From assembly GCA_044376115.1 (NCBI GenBank), contig JBILLK010000011.1, positions 224,001 through 288,000 on the forward strand: DNA of 64,000 bases, written 5' to 3'. This DNA comes from Polyangiaceae bacterium. GTDB lineage: Bacteria > Myxococcota_A > Polyangia > Polyangiales > Polyangiaceae. Made by a program: the position numbers and the translations under genes. Positions 48,060 through 57,222 of this stretch are shown here, piece by piece (the stretch's first letter is position 1; each line of letters opens with the position of its first letter). The notes under the pieces are model-generated. The model did not search any database, had not been told where the DNA came from, and saw only the letters and a list, made by a program, of their open reading frames with translations.

Positions 48060-50024
48060 ATGCTTGTTGGAGTGATCGGCTCAGGGGCCATCGGGCCGGA
48101 TCTTGCGTACGGCTTCATGACGGCGCTTGCACGGGAGCCTGGGTCCAAGGTGTACCTTGTCGACATCAAGGAGGAGGCCTTGCAAGCCGGGATGAAGCGC
48201 ATCCGCGGCTACGTTGAGAAGGGGGTGGCGCGTGGCAAAATTGCCCCCGCCGCCGCGAAGTCGATTCTTGCTGGGCTCGTGCCCACACAGCAGCTCAGCG
48301 ACCTCGCGCAATGCGACTACGTGCTCGAGGCCGCCAGTGAGGACCTGGCGATCAAGCGTCGCATCCTCGAGGGGCTCGAGGCGATCGTGCGCAACGACTG
48401 CTTGATTGGCTTTGCGACCTCCGGCCTTCCGCGCGCGCAGATCGCCGCTAGCGCCAAACACCCCGAGCGCTGCTTCGTCAATCACCCTTTCTATCCGGCG
48501 TGGCGTGCCCTGCCGATTGAGGTGGTTTTGTCGGAGAGCGCAGAACTCAGCGAGCGCATGGTCTCCACCATCAAGAAGTTGGGCCGTGTCCCGGTCATCA
48601 CTGCCGACGTGGAGTGTTTTGCGGCCGATGACGTCTTCTGCAACTACATCGCGGAGGCCGCTCGCATCGTGGAGGAAGGCGTAGCGACCCCTGCTGCAGT
48701 CGACGCGATCGTCAACGCGGCCATTGGCGGCGGTGGCCCGTTCAACGTCATGGACCTGACGAAGGGCAACCTGCTCGTTCACAAGTGTCAATTGCTCATG
48801 CAGAAGGCCAAGACAGGCACAGCGTGGTTTGCTCCGCCCAAGATCCTAGAGACGCAGGGAGACGCTCCTTGGCACGATCGCAAGAACCCCGGCAATGCCA
48901 GTTATGATTCCGCGCTCGCTGACAAAGTGATGAACCGCATTTTGGCGGTCTTGCTCGCGCGTACCTACTTCCTCATCGAGAACGACGTGTGCGCCAAGAC
49001 CGAGACCAACTGGCTCATGCGTATGGCGCTCGGGTTCAACAAAGGAACGATGGAGATCGCGGAGGACCTCGGCCCGGCCAAGGTTCGGGAGATCTGCTTG
49101 CGCTACGCCGAAGAACATCCCGGTTTCGTGGTGCCCAAATTGATTCGCGATGGGGCGCTACCGGCCTTCCGTAAGAACGTTACCGTCGAGCGTGAAGCTG
49201 ACGTCGCTGTCGTGCGCGTGTTCCGCCCTGAGGTAAAGAACGCCCTCTCCAAGGCGACCTTGCTCGAGCTGGATAGTGCGATAGCGGAGCTAGAAGCTGA
49301 CGGCTCGGTCAAAGGGGTGGTGCTAACGAGCTATGACGGTTCCTTTGCGGGGGCCGACATCCTCGAGCTGGCTGCGCTGCCGGATGCCGCTGCGTGCGAG
49401 GCTACGTGCCTCGCTTCGCATCCAATCTTCGAGCGCATCGCTGCTTGCAAGAAGCCCATCATCTCGGCTGTGGACGGCCCTTTGCTCGGGGGAGGTGCAG
49501 AGCTGGCGATGGCCTGCCACGCGCGGATCGTGGGGGAGTCGCTTGCGTTCGGTCAGCCCGAAGTAAACCTGGGCATCATCCCAGGATATGGCGGTACGCA
49601 ACGGTTGCCGCGATTGGTTGGCGTGGCCCGCGGGGCCGAGCTCGTGCGCACGGCGCGGAGCGTGAACGCGAAGGAGGCTTGCGAGTGGGGGTTTGCCTAC
49701 GGCGCGCCAATGGCCGATCCGGTGGCAGCCGCAAAAGCCTTGATCACCGAGGTCCTTGCCGGCAAGAGCTTGCCAAACCTCGATGAAGGTCCGGTCGCAG
49801 GGCTCGAAGCCTTGGGCCCGCTCGACATTGGGCACAGGTCTTTGGCGATCGACGCAATTGTCGTCGATGTGTTGCGCCGCGGTCTGGCGTTGCCGCTCAA
49901 GGAAGGCCTCGCCATCGAGGCCAAGGGCTTCGCCCGCTGCAAACAGACGGTGGATATGGACGTTGGCATGAAGAACTTCATGCAGAACGGTCCGCGCGTG
50001 CCAGCCGCCTTCCTCCACGAATAG
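48060..50024 (+). CDS. 3-hydroxyacyl-CoA dehydrogenase / enoyl-CoA hydratase fusion
   Basis: N-terminal GSGAIG, EAASEDLAIK; C-terminal crotonase GGGAEL...QPEVNLGIIPGYGGTQRL. Confidence 0.9.
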   Translation: MLVGVIGSGAIGPDLAYGFMTALAREPGSKVYLVDIKEEALQAGMKRIRGYVEKGVARGKIAPAAAKSILAGLVPTQQLSDLAQCDYVLEAASEDLAIKRRILEGLEAIVRNDCLIGFATSGLPRAQIAASAKHPERCFVNHPFYPAWRALPIEVVLSESAELSERMVSTIKKLGRVPVITADVECFAADDVFCNYIAEAARIVEEGVATPAAVDAIVNAAIGGGGPFNVMDLTKGNLLVHKCQLLMQKAKTGTAWFAPPKILETQGDAPWHDRKNPGNASYDSALADKVMNRILAVLLARTYFLIENDVCAKTETNWLMRMALGFNKGTMEIAEDLGPAKVREICLRYAEEHPGFVVPKLIRDGALPAFRKNVTVEREADVAVVRVFRPEVKNALSKATLLELDSAIAELEADGSVKGVVLTSYDGSFAGADILELAALPDAAACEATCLASHPIFERIAACKKPIISAVDGPLLGGGAELAMACHARIVGESLAFGQPEVNLGIIPGYGGTQRLPRLVGVARGAELVRTARSVNAKEACEWGFAYGAPMADPVAAAKALITEVLAGKSLPNLDEGPVAGLEALGPLDIGHRSLAIDAIVVDVLRRGLALPLKEGLAIEAKGFARCKQTVDMDVGMKNFMQNGPRVPAAFLHE

Positions 50025-50057
50025 TCGCCTCCCCACATATCGAAGGATCAACGAGCC

Positions 50058-51332
50058 ATGTCGAACATCTCCAACATCGTCATTCTCGAGGGTGGGCGCC
50101 GGACTCCGCGCGCCGATATTTTAATTGATAATCGAGAGGCGGGCCTGTTCTCCCGGTTCTCTACGACTCAGCTGGGCGGCCTCGCCATTGCCGCGACGCT
50201 CGACAATACCAAGCTCGACCGCGGCCTCGTTGGGCATGTCGTGATGGGAATGGCGCAACACAGCCATCGCGACAGCATCTACGGCGCGAAGGGAATGGCC
50301 TATCGCGGTGGGCTGGGCAATGACGTCCCGGCCCTCACGGTCGCCCGAATCTGCGGTAGCGGCGCAGAGGCCGTCGCCGTTGGGGCCGAGATGATCCTGG
50401 CGGGCGTACGGCACGACACCGATAGACCCTTTGTGGTCGTCGGTGGCGCCGAGTCGATGCAGTATCCCTTCTGCCTTTACGGTCAGCGCGGGAAGAAGGT
50501 CGGCGAAGCCGTGCAGAAGTACGGCCCCATCGACGCGAAGTCGCTGCCGGCTGGCACGCACCTGCAGGATATGTTGCTGATGAGCCTCTACGATCCGTCG
50601 GCCAAGATGGCGATGGCCAATACCGCGGAGGAGCTTGGCCGTCGCTACAAGATTACCCGGGAGGAGGCGGATGCCTTTGGTCACCGCTCCCACGTGCTCG
50701 CGAAGAAGTCGCGAGACGCCGGCGTGTTTCTGGAAGAGACAGTTCCCGTCGTCGTGGAGACGACAGGGGATACGCTCACCGTCAAACACGATACCCACAT
50801 CATGGACGATATATCGCTAGCGAAGATGGCGCGCCTTCCGGCCGCCTTCGAGGCGGGCGGCATCATTACGGCCGGCAACGCCAGCGCCGTCGTCGACGGT
50901 GCAGGCGCGATGGTGATCGGGCTGGAGAAAGACGCCGCCAAACACGGAGCGAAACCGCTCGCTCGCATCGCGGGCATGGGAGTCGCTGCCTGCGACCCCT
51001 CGATCATGGGCTGGGGCCCCGTGCCGTCAACCAAGCGAGCCTTGGCGAGTGCCGGCATTCCCGGCAGTAAGATCGATCACGTCGAGCTCAATGAGGCCTT
51101 CGCGCCGCAGGCTCTAGCTGTGATTCGAGACTTTGGCGAGTTGGGTATTGCGCCCGAGAAGGTCAATCCGCTCGGCGGCGCGGTAGCGCTCGGTCACCCG
51201 CTTGGGGCGACTGGCGCGATTCTCACGCTCACGTGTGCTTACGCCCTGCGTCGCGAGAAGAAGCAATACGGCCTCGTGACGATGTGCATTGGTGGCGGCC
51301 AAGGAATCTCGCTCATCATCGAGTCCCTCTAG
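50058..51332 (+). CDS. Thiolase (acetyl-CoA C-acyltransferase)
   Basis: RICGSG, NEAFA, GHPLGATG, CIGGGQG. Confidence 0.95.
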   Translation: MSNISNIVILEGGRRTPRADILIDNREAGLFSRFSTTQLGGLAIAATLDNTKLDRGLVGHVVMGMAQHSHRDSIYGAKGMAYRGGLGNDVPALTVARICGSGAEAVAVGAEMILAGVRHDTDRPFVVVGGAESMQYPFCLYGQRGKKVGEAVQKYGPIDAKSLPAGTHLQDMLLMSLYDPSAKMAMANTAEELGRRYKITREEADAFGHRSHVLAKKSRDAGVFLEETVPVVVETTGDTLTVKHDTHIMDDISLAKMARLPAAFEAGGIITAGNASAVVDGAGAMVIGLEKDAAKHGAKPLARIAGMGVAACDPSIMGWGPVPSTKRALASAGIPGSKIDHVELNEAFAPQALAVIRDFGELGIAPEKVNPLGGAVALGHPLGATGAILTLTCAYALRREKKQYGLVTMCIGGGQGISLIIESL

Positions 51333-51369
51333 CCAAGGCTCTTGTCAGCTTCGGACGCCCGGACTCCTC

Positions 51370-52458
51370 TCAGGAGTTCGGGCGCAGTGCTTTGGCAACG
51401 GTGCGCATGATCCAGCTGATGGCGCCTATGCCGAGTACCGCGAACACGAGGAACACAACGAGCCCTGAGAGCGTGCCTACTTGCAGATGGCGCGCGAGCA
51501 AAGCGGTTCGGTCGAGCGTTCCAAGGCGGGCCTCCTCGCGCATGAGCAGCGCGCCCAGCCAGAACAGTAAGGCGCCAAGTGACAATCCAGTGAGCGTCTT
51601 GGCACTGAAGGTTGGCCGACGGAGCAAGCTGAGCCAAAGCGCCAACTGCAGGACGCTACCGATGAGCAGGATGCTCATCGCAACGCGCAAGCTCGAGGCG
51701 TGGCTCGCCGCAGCTGCGCTTGGTAGGACTCCGCTCAACACGGGCCAGGCCGCCCCACTGGCGAGCAGCGTACCTGCAATAGCTACTAACGAGAGCGGCC
51801 GAAGGGCCTTCTGAGCGCTATCCCTGGATACCCCAGAAGCGCCTGCATGAAGCTGCCAGGACAAGAGCAGCGCAGCAGTCGGGAAGGCTGCGGTCACCCA
51901 GAAGCCAAGCCGAGGAAAGATGGCGGGCGTTTTGAAGACCATCGCTTCGGATTGGTATTGGCTGGCCCATACTTCACGGTGCAGCGAGAGAAGGTGGTTT
52001 TCCACCCAAGAGAAGCCGACGAAGAAGATGAGTGCCATGACAGCCAAGGCTACGAGCCCCTCGAGCAGCGTCCTGCCGACGATACGTTCGGCCTTGAGTA
52101 GATAAAGCAGATAGAACGCAATGATGAGTACGGGCAGAATGGCCATGAAGCGGTGAAACGAGAGCAGGTTCGCTGTGTAGAACTCTTCCTGGTAGAGAAT
52201 CTGCACGAACAAAAGGGGTGCTATCCCAGCCGTAATGGCAGCGGAGAGGGCGAACGGCATCCAGTCCTTTAGGACAGTAAAAATGGCCGCCCAAGCCGTG
52301 GTCCGAGGTTGACTGCTCAGGAGCGCTCGCAGCCCGCGCACGCCAAGCATGATGGCGCCGGCAAGCACGTAGGACATGAAACCAACGTGCATGAGGAGGG
52401 TCACGAGATACAGCGTTATGTACGCTGCGCTGACCGGGGGAAGGTCGAACGGAAACAT
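51370..52458 (-). CDS. Polytopic membrane protein, divergent CydA-like (CydA') partner
   Basis: LLMHVGFMSY, AITAGIAPLLFVQILY, MREEAR parallel the CydA helices; 2 nt from the upstream gene. Confidence 0.6.
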   Translation of the reverse strand: MFPFDLPPVSAAYITLYLVTLLMHVGFMSYVLAGAIMLGVRGLRALLSSQPRTTAWAAIFTVLKDWMPFALSAAITAGIAPLLFVQILYQEEFYTANLLSFHRFMAILPVLIIAFYLLYLLKAERIVGRTLLEGLVALAVMALIFFVGFSWVENHLLSLHREVWASQYQSEAMVFKTPAIFPRLGFWVTAAFPTAALLLSWQLHAGASGVSRDSAQKALRPLSLVAIAGTLLASGAAWPVLSGVLPSAAAASHASSLRVAMSILLIGSVLQLALWLSLLRRPTFSAKTLTGLSLGALLFWLGALLMREEARLGTLDRTALLARHLQVGTLSGLVVFLVFAVLGIGAISWIMRTVAKALRPNS

Positions 52459-52460
52459 GC

Positions 52461-53900
52461 TTACTCTCCCCCGTTGGTCGCGAGTTTGGCCGGGCGAGGC
52501 GAGGTAGCAGGAGCAGGCCCAGCTTCCTCGAGCCACGCTCGGATTTTCTGGTAGTCGCGCGGATCTCGGCTCTCGGGCCAGCTGCTGGGCTGCTTTGCTG
52601 TGTACCAACGCACATATTGAACGAGCGCCTCGAGCTCCTCGGCCGTACCTGCGAAGGGGGGCATGAAGCCTTTGGTCCACTGCAATTGCGCGACATTCAT
52701 GCGCATTTGATCGTCGGTCCAAGCGCCCATCAGGTGCTGCAAGGAGTTCACGCCCCCCATCGTGTGGCAGATGGAACACTGCGCACGAAAGGTGAGGGCC
52801 CCGGTGCGAACTTGATCGTTGGGCAGGCTTGCAGCCTCGCGAAGGGGGAAGGGGTCATTCGTGGTGCACCCCTCGACGCGTAGCCGTGCCACCTCCGACG
52901 GCGAGATCGCATTGCTAAATAGTACTTCACGGATTGTGTACGGTTTGCGTGCGCCCTCGCGGACAAACTCCCCACCAGCCGATGCGCCGAAGGCGAGTGC
53001 GACGAGCAAGGTTGAGGTCGCGCCGTTGATGAATAGCTTCTGCCGCCAAAGGCCAATGACAATGTATCCGCCGATCAAGGCGCTGCCCGCTACGGCGAGG
53101 TTCAGGAACATCGTCATGGCGATGCTCCCCCCCATGACCCATTCGCGGCTGTCTTGGGGCATGGCGGCCAGAAACCAGACGCCAAAGAGGGGCATGAGCA
53201 CGATCGGCAGCATGAATCGCGCTGTGTGATTGATGAGCCGGCTGCGGGCTGGCTGGTCCAGCGCGGGCAACGTATTGATGAGGACCGCCGCAACGAGGCC
53301 AGCGATCACCATGCAGGCAACGGTGCGGTAGAAGAGGCTGGGCCAGAAGGTAGCGTTGAAGAAACCCTGCCAAAGGCTGCCGGTGGCTACCCATTCCCCT
53401 GGTGTGAGCTGCCACGAGAGGATTCCGTTGATCCAAAAAAGGGAGCCCCAGCCAGCGCAGCTATACAGCAATAGCAGCGTCAGCCGCGCTTTGTCCGAGA
53501 GCAACTTGCCATACCTGTAGAAGGCATAGCCAGCGACAACCTCAACCCAAAAGAAGATCCATTCGGTAGCCCAGACCCAGTGGAACACATCCACCATCTT
53601 GCCGATGGTCACCGGGGATAGCTGGATGCTGGTGAACCACATCGCGACGCCGGTGAGCGCCCCGGTCACGAAGGAGACGAGGACCAGATACTTGAAGTAC
53701 GAGTCGAGGACGATCCTGGCGGCAGGCTCCTTCCCGCGCATGGCCAGCCACTGGAGATAGGCCATTAACATGCCCCCGCCGATCGCGAATTGAGCGAGGA
53801 ACACGTGGAAGATTCCAAGCCCGCCGATCACCATGCCCTTCATTGCCGGCCCGAAGTCGTTGACGGGAAAGGAGACGAGGCTCGTCAGAACGAGGGGCAT
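52461..53900 (-). CDS. Cytochrome bd oxidase subunit I-like protein fused to cytochrome c
   Basis: IFHVF, GALTGV, ATEWIFFWVE, SWQLTP, EFVREGARKPYTI; C-terminal CSICH and FMPPF. Confidence 0.8.
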   Translation of the reverse strand: MPLVLTSLVSFPVNDFGPAMKGMVIGGLGIFHVFLAQFAIGGGMLMAYLQWLAMRGKEPAARIVLDSYFKYLVLVSFVTGALTGVAMWFTSIQLSPVTIGKMVDVFHWVWATEWIFFWVEVVAGYAFYRYGKLLSDKARLTLLLLYSCAGWGSLFWINGILSWQLTPGEWVATGSLWQGFFNATFWPSLFYRTVACMVIAGLVAAVLINTLPALDQPARSRLINHTARFMLPIVLMPLFGVWFLAAMPQDSREWVMGGSIAMTMFLNLAVAGSALIGGYIVIGLWRQKLFINGATSTLLVALAFGASAGGEFVREGARKPYTIREVLFSNAISPSEVARLRVEGCTTNDPFPLREAASLPNDQVRTGALTFRAQCSICHTMGGVNSLQHLMGAWTDDQMRMNVAQLQWTKGFMPPFAGTAEELEALVQYVRWYTAKQPSSWPESRDPRDYQKIRAWLEEAGPAPATSPRPAKLATNGGE

Positions 53901-53961
53901 GGTGGATCCTATGTGGGGTCGGCTTGGATGGGGGACAACCGCGCTGCCGCTTCGTGAAGAC

Positions 53962-54480
53962 TCAAGGAATGGCGGTGATGTCGATCTCGCTCGTGGCGAT
54001 CACTTCAGGCTCGACGCCGCCCTCGAAGTAGAAGTCACACTCCTCCGCGGCGGTACAGCGAAGTAGTTGGGCCTTTACCGTGGTGGAAACCTCTTCGGCT
54101 GCGTTGAATTGCACGTAGTCGTCGAGGATCTCAATCCATTGTCCCTCTGCGCACGTCGTCAACGGGGATGGACCTATGGAACCGATTCCGCCGGAGCTAA
54201 GGCTCAGGAGCACCATGTCTCCCTCGACGGCGCCAAAAATTCGTAGCGATACGTACACGTGTTGGCCGCCTTGCGGCCCGTAGTCCATCTGTAACGGTGC
54301 GCCAGACTTGAGCGGCGTAAACGCCTCACCCTCAGCCGTGCCAAACTGAATTTCGGGAGCGGAGGCCGGCGCCTGGGAAACGCAGCCCGCCTCTGGGTAG
54401 AACTCTTGGTCACTAGGCCCACAGGTCCCAAAACAACCGGGCAATAGCGCCAGCGCAATGGAAAGCAGTCGTCGTTGCAT
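53962..54480 (-). CDS. Hypothetical lipoprotein
   Basis: MQRRLLSIALALLPGC lipobox; GPQGGQHV motif. Confidence 0.72.
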   Translation of the reverse strand: MQRRLLSIALALLPGCFGTCGPSDQEFYPEAGCVSQAPASAPEIQFGTAEGEAFTPLKSGAPLQMDYGPQGGQHVYVSLRIFGAVEGDMVLLSLSSGGIGSIGPSPLTTCAEGQWIEILDDYVQFNAAEEVSTTVKAQLLRCTAAEECDFYFEGGVEPEVIATSEIDITAIP

Positions 54481-54653
54481 TGATATCTCCAAGCAAGAGA
54501 AGTGTGCCGGAGTGTAAACCAAGGTGGGCGAGGGCCGCGCGCAAATCTGCGCCAGGCCTGTGCTCCTCCGCCCGAGGGCAACTCAGTCTCTTTCCCTTCG
54601 ACTTGGGACAATCCGTTCAGCTTTGGGTGCGAAGCGGCTAAGGAGCTTCGACC

Positions 54654-55655
54654 ATGCGTACCTTCAACACACCGCTGCTGAGCCTTCTGTTCCTCCTCGC
54701 CTGCGGTAGCGAGGCCGGTCCTGCTGCTTCGGCTTCCAGTTCGGGCGCGTCGTCCGCCCCGGCCAAAGCTCCCTCGGCTTCCACCGCCGCAGCCTCAGCA
54801 AAGCCCTCTGCTGCTCCAACACCGAGCGCTGCGCCTGCGCCAAGCTTCACCGAGACCCCAGAGCCGGAGCTCAGCGAGTGGGCCAAGAGCAGCGTGGTGA
54901 AGGCTCCGGGATCGACAAAGAACGCCTGCGACACGCGCATGGTTCGAGAGTGGCTGCGCGTGCAGTGCGTCGATCGAAGTCCCGAGCGCGGGACGCCGGT
55001 GTCGATCGAGGTGACACAAGGGCGAGCGCCAAAGGAGCGCTACAAGGGCGAGAATCTCTCGGTGGTCAATGACATTACGACGCTGATCGTCCCCGTGCGG
55101 CCAGGCACCGACTTCGCTGCCACGTTCAATTGGGCGAAAGGCAGCGATGTGTTGTCGGTCAAGTGGCCCGCAGGCCAGCCCGAGTCAGCGCGGGAGATCA
55201 AGTTTGGCAGAGCTGAGAGCGACGGAGCCGCGCCGGTCGAGGGCACAGAGCCGCCGCCTAACAAGGCGACCGACGTTGCTCCTGAGCCGCCACTCGAGGA
55301 TTTGCCCAACCTTGCCCCTGCGCCCAGTGAAGAAGAATGGTCCAAGATCGCTGAAGCCCGCGTCAAGGGCTCCACCGCCGCTGGCTGTGAGACCAAACTT
55401 AGTGGGGATTGGTTCTACGCGAAGTGTGAGGCAAAAGGTAAACCAGTAAAGGAACTCATTGCGGTAAAGGGGCACCGCAAAACGCAGACCTCACTAACGG
55501 TTAAAGACGACGTGGCGACGCTGCTTACGCCTTACGTGGAGGGCACCGAAACGCATATACGCTTGGTGCGAGAGGGCGAGACCCGGGTGTTGGTTCTACG
55601 CTGGAGTAAGGGGCCGAAGCCCGAGACGGCTGGTTCCTTCGAACTGCCGAAGTGA
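54654..55655 (+). CDS. Lipoprotein with two copies of an unknown Cys-containing domain
   Basis: LLAC lipobox; SEW...GSTKNACDTRMVREWLRVQC repeated as EEW...GSTAAGCETKLSGDWFYAKC. Confidence 0.75.
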   Translation: MRTFNTPLLSLLFLLACGSEAGPAASASSSGASSAPAKAPSASTAAASAKPSAAPTPSAAPAPSFTETPEPELSEWAKSSVVKAPGSTKNACDTRMVREWLRVQCVDRSPERGTPVSIEVTQGRAPKERYKGENLSVVNDITTLIVPVRPGTDFAATFNWAKGSDVLSVKWPAGQPESAREIKFGRAESDGAAPVEGTEPPPNKATDVAPEPPLEDLPNLAPAPSEEEWSKIAEARVKGSTAAGCETKLSGDWFYAKCEAKGKPVKELIAVKGHRKTQTSLTVKDDVATLLTPYVEGTETHIRLVREGETRVLVLRWSKGPKPETAGSFELPK

Positions 55656-55670
55656 TCTCGCCGAGAGCCG

Positions 55671-57134
55671 TTAGTCCTCCGAGCTGAATACCACTTTTCC
55701 GACCTTGGCTTCCTCCTCGGCGGCCGCCTCCCGTTCGGCTTCAACAGCGCGACGTTCAAGCTCGAGGTCGGCAAAGCGGTAGCGGACGCCCTTGTCCAGC
55801 TGCGCGATATCTACATCCCCACCCAGCGCCAGAAGCTCCTTGCTAAGCTGCTTCGGATCCGGCTCAAAGCCGGCGGCCACGGCAAAACGACGGCGGAGCT
55901 GGGTTTCATCAATGCCGTTGGGTTGCTTGACTCCCTCGAGTACCGCCTCGAGGACAGCGAGCCTTCCGCGCTCTTCGGCGGCCTTTCGCTTGGCTCGGCG
56001 TTGCAGGGCGAGGCGCCCGAGTGGCAGCAGAAAGAGCGCTATCGAGAACAAGAACGGCACCAGTCCCAGCGCGATAGGCAAGCCTGGCGGTGGCAGGTCG
56101 CTCGGTGCAACTCGGGTAAGAATAGCGAACAGCCGCTCGAGGGTTAGCCCCTGAAGCATCACCCACCCCGAAGCAACGAGATTGAAGGCGTTGATACCGC
56201 CAATCAGCAAATCAGAGGATAGCTCGTTACCGGTTAGGTGCGGCGCAGCGACGGGGCGCTTCCACACCGGCAGCTTTGGTGCGCTCCTATCATTGAGTGC
56301 GGTCTTGCGCAGATCGGCAAAGCGGTAGGCAATCCCGCCTTCTTCGGAGACCTCCACCGTTCCTTGGTAGTCCGTCATGAGCTTTGCCATGAGCGGATCG
56401 ACTTGATTGCGCGGTAGCCCGGTGGCCCGCATGACCTCAGCAAGGCCAATTCTACCTTTCCCGGCTCGTATCTCGGCCAGCACCGCCCGCTGATTGGCGA
56501 GTGGATCGGCGGGGGCTTTGGGCGGACCGAAAAAGAAGCGGTCAACGCGCTCGTAGAACGGCGATTGCTCGCTCTTGCTGAAACTTCGGCGCGTAGGCTG
56601 AGAAAACTCAACGTCGCTGCGGAACGGTGAGAAGGGGTGATACGTCCAGAACAGCGCCTCAGCCAATAGGCGAAAAACTACGCCGAAGAAGCTGAAGCTG
56701 CTGCGACCATCGCGGTCGTCCGACGAGCGACTGAAGGCAAGTGCAATGAACAACGCTACGAACACGAGCGCGTAGCCCGAGAGCACGATGGCGACCCAGG
56801 CTCGTACGATGAAGCGTAGTGCGCCTAGGGCTGTGCTCTTGATTCGCTCCCAGGCAAGGGTCAGCCGATCTTTGGTCTCCCAGGGCTTGCGAAAGCGAGT
56901 GGGAAATCGAAACAGGATCTCCCCTTCCTCTGTGACGCGCAGGTGGCCGCGGTACTCGCTCGTGAGGGCGTGAAGCGCCGCTTCGGCTTGCGCCAGCGTA
57001 ACTCCGCTCAGGGTCGCTGCATCTGCGATGGTGACGACGATATCCCCGGGCCGCGAGTCAAGGGCGTTGCGAACCGCGTCGACCGACGCTGCGGGTTTCA
57101 TTCCCTCGTGGTGTAGCGCCATCGTGCCCGCCAT
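55671..57134 (-). CDS. Membrane protein, At5g03900-like family
   Basis: VTIADAATLSG...GHLRVTEEGEILFRFP unit occurring about three times, with TM hairpins between. Confidence 0.6.
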   Translation of the reverse strand: MAGTMALHHEGMKPAASVDAVRNALDSRPGDIVVTIADAATLSGVTLAQAEAALHALTSEYRGHLRVTEEGEILFRFPTRFRKPWETKDRLTLAWERIKSTALGALRFIVRAWVAIVLSGYALVFVALFIALAFSRSSDDRDGRSSFSFFGVVFRLLAEALFWTYHPFSPFRSDVEFSQPTRRSFSKSEQSPFYERVDRFFFGPPKAPADPLANQRAVLAEIRAGKGRIGLAEVMRATGLPRNQVDPLMAKLMTDYQGTVEVSEEGGIAYRFADLRKTALNDRSAPKLPVWKRPVAAPHLTGNELSSDLLIGGINAFNLVASGWVMLQGLTLERLFAILTRVAPSDLPPPGLPIALGLVPFLFSIALFLLPLGRLALQRRAKRKAAEERGRLAVLEAVLEGVKQPNGIDETQLRRRFAVAAGFEPDPKQLSKELLALGGDVDIAQLDKGVRYRFADLELERRAVEAEREAAAEEEAKVGKVVFSSED

Positions 57135-57222
57135 GCATCCGCCATCGGACGTCGCAGCGCCAGCAAACGTCGAGCTCGAGGCAGCCGTCGTTCAGGACGG
57201 CGGTCCGTGTTAGAAACGTTGC

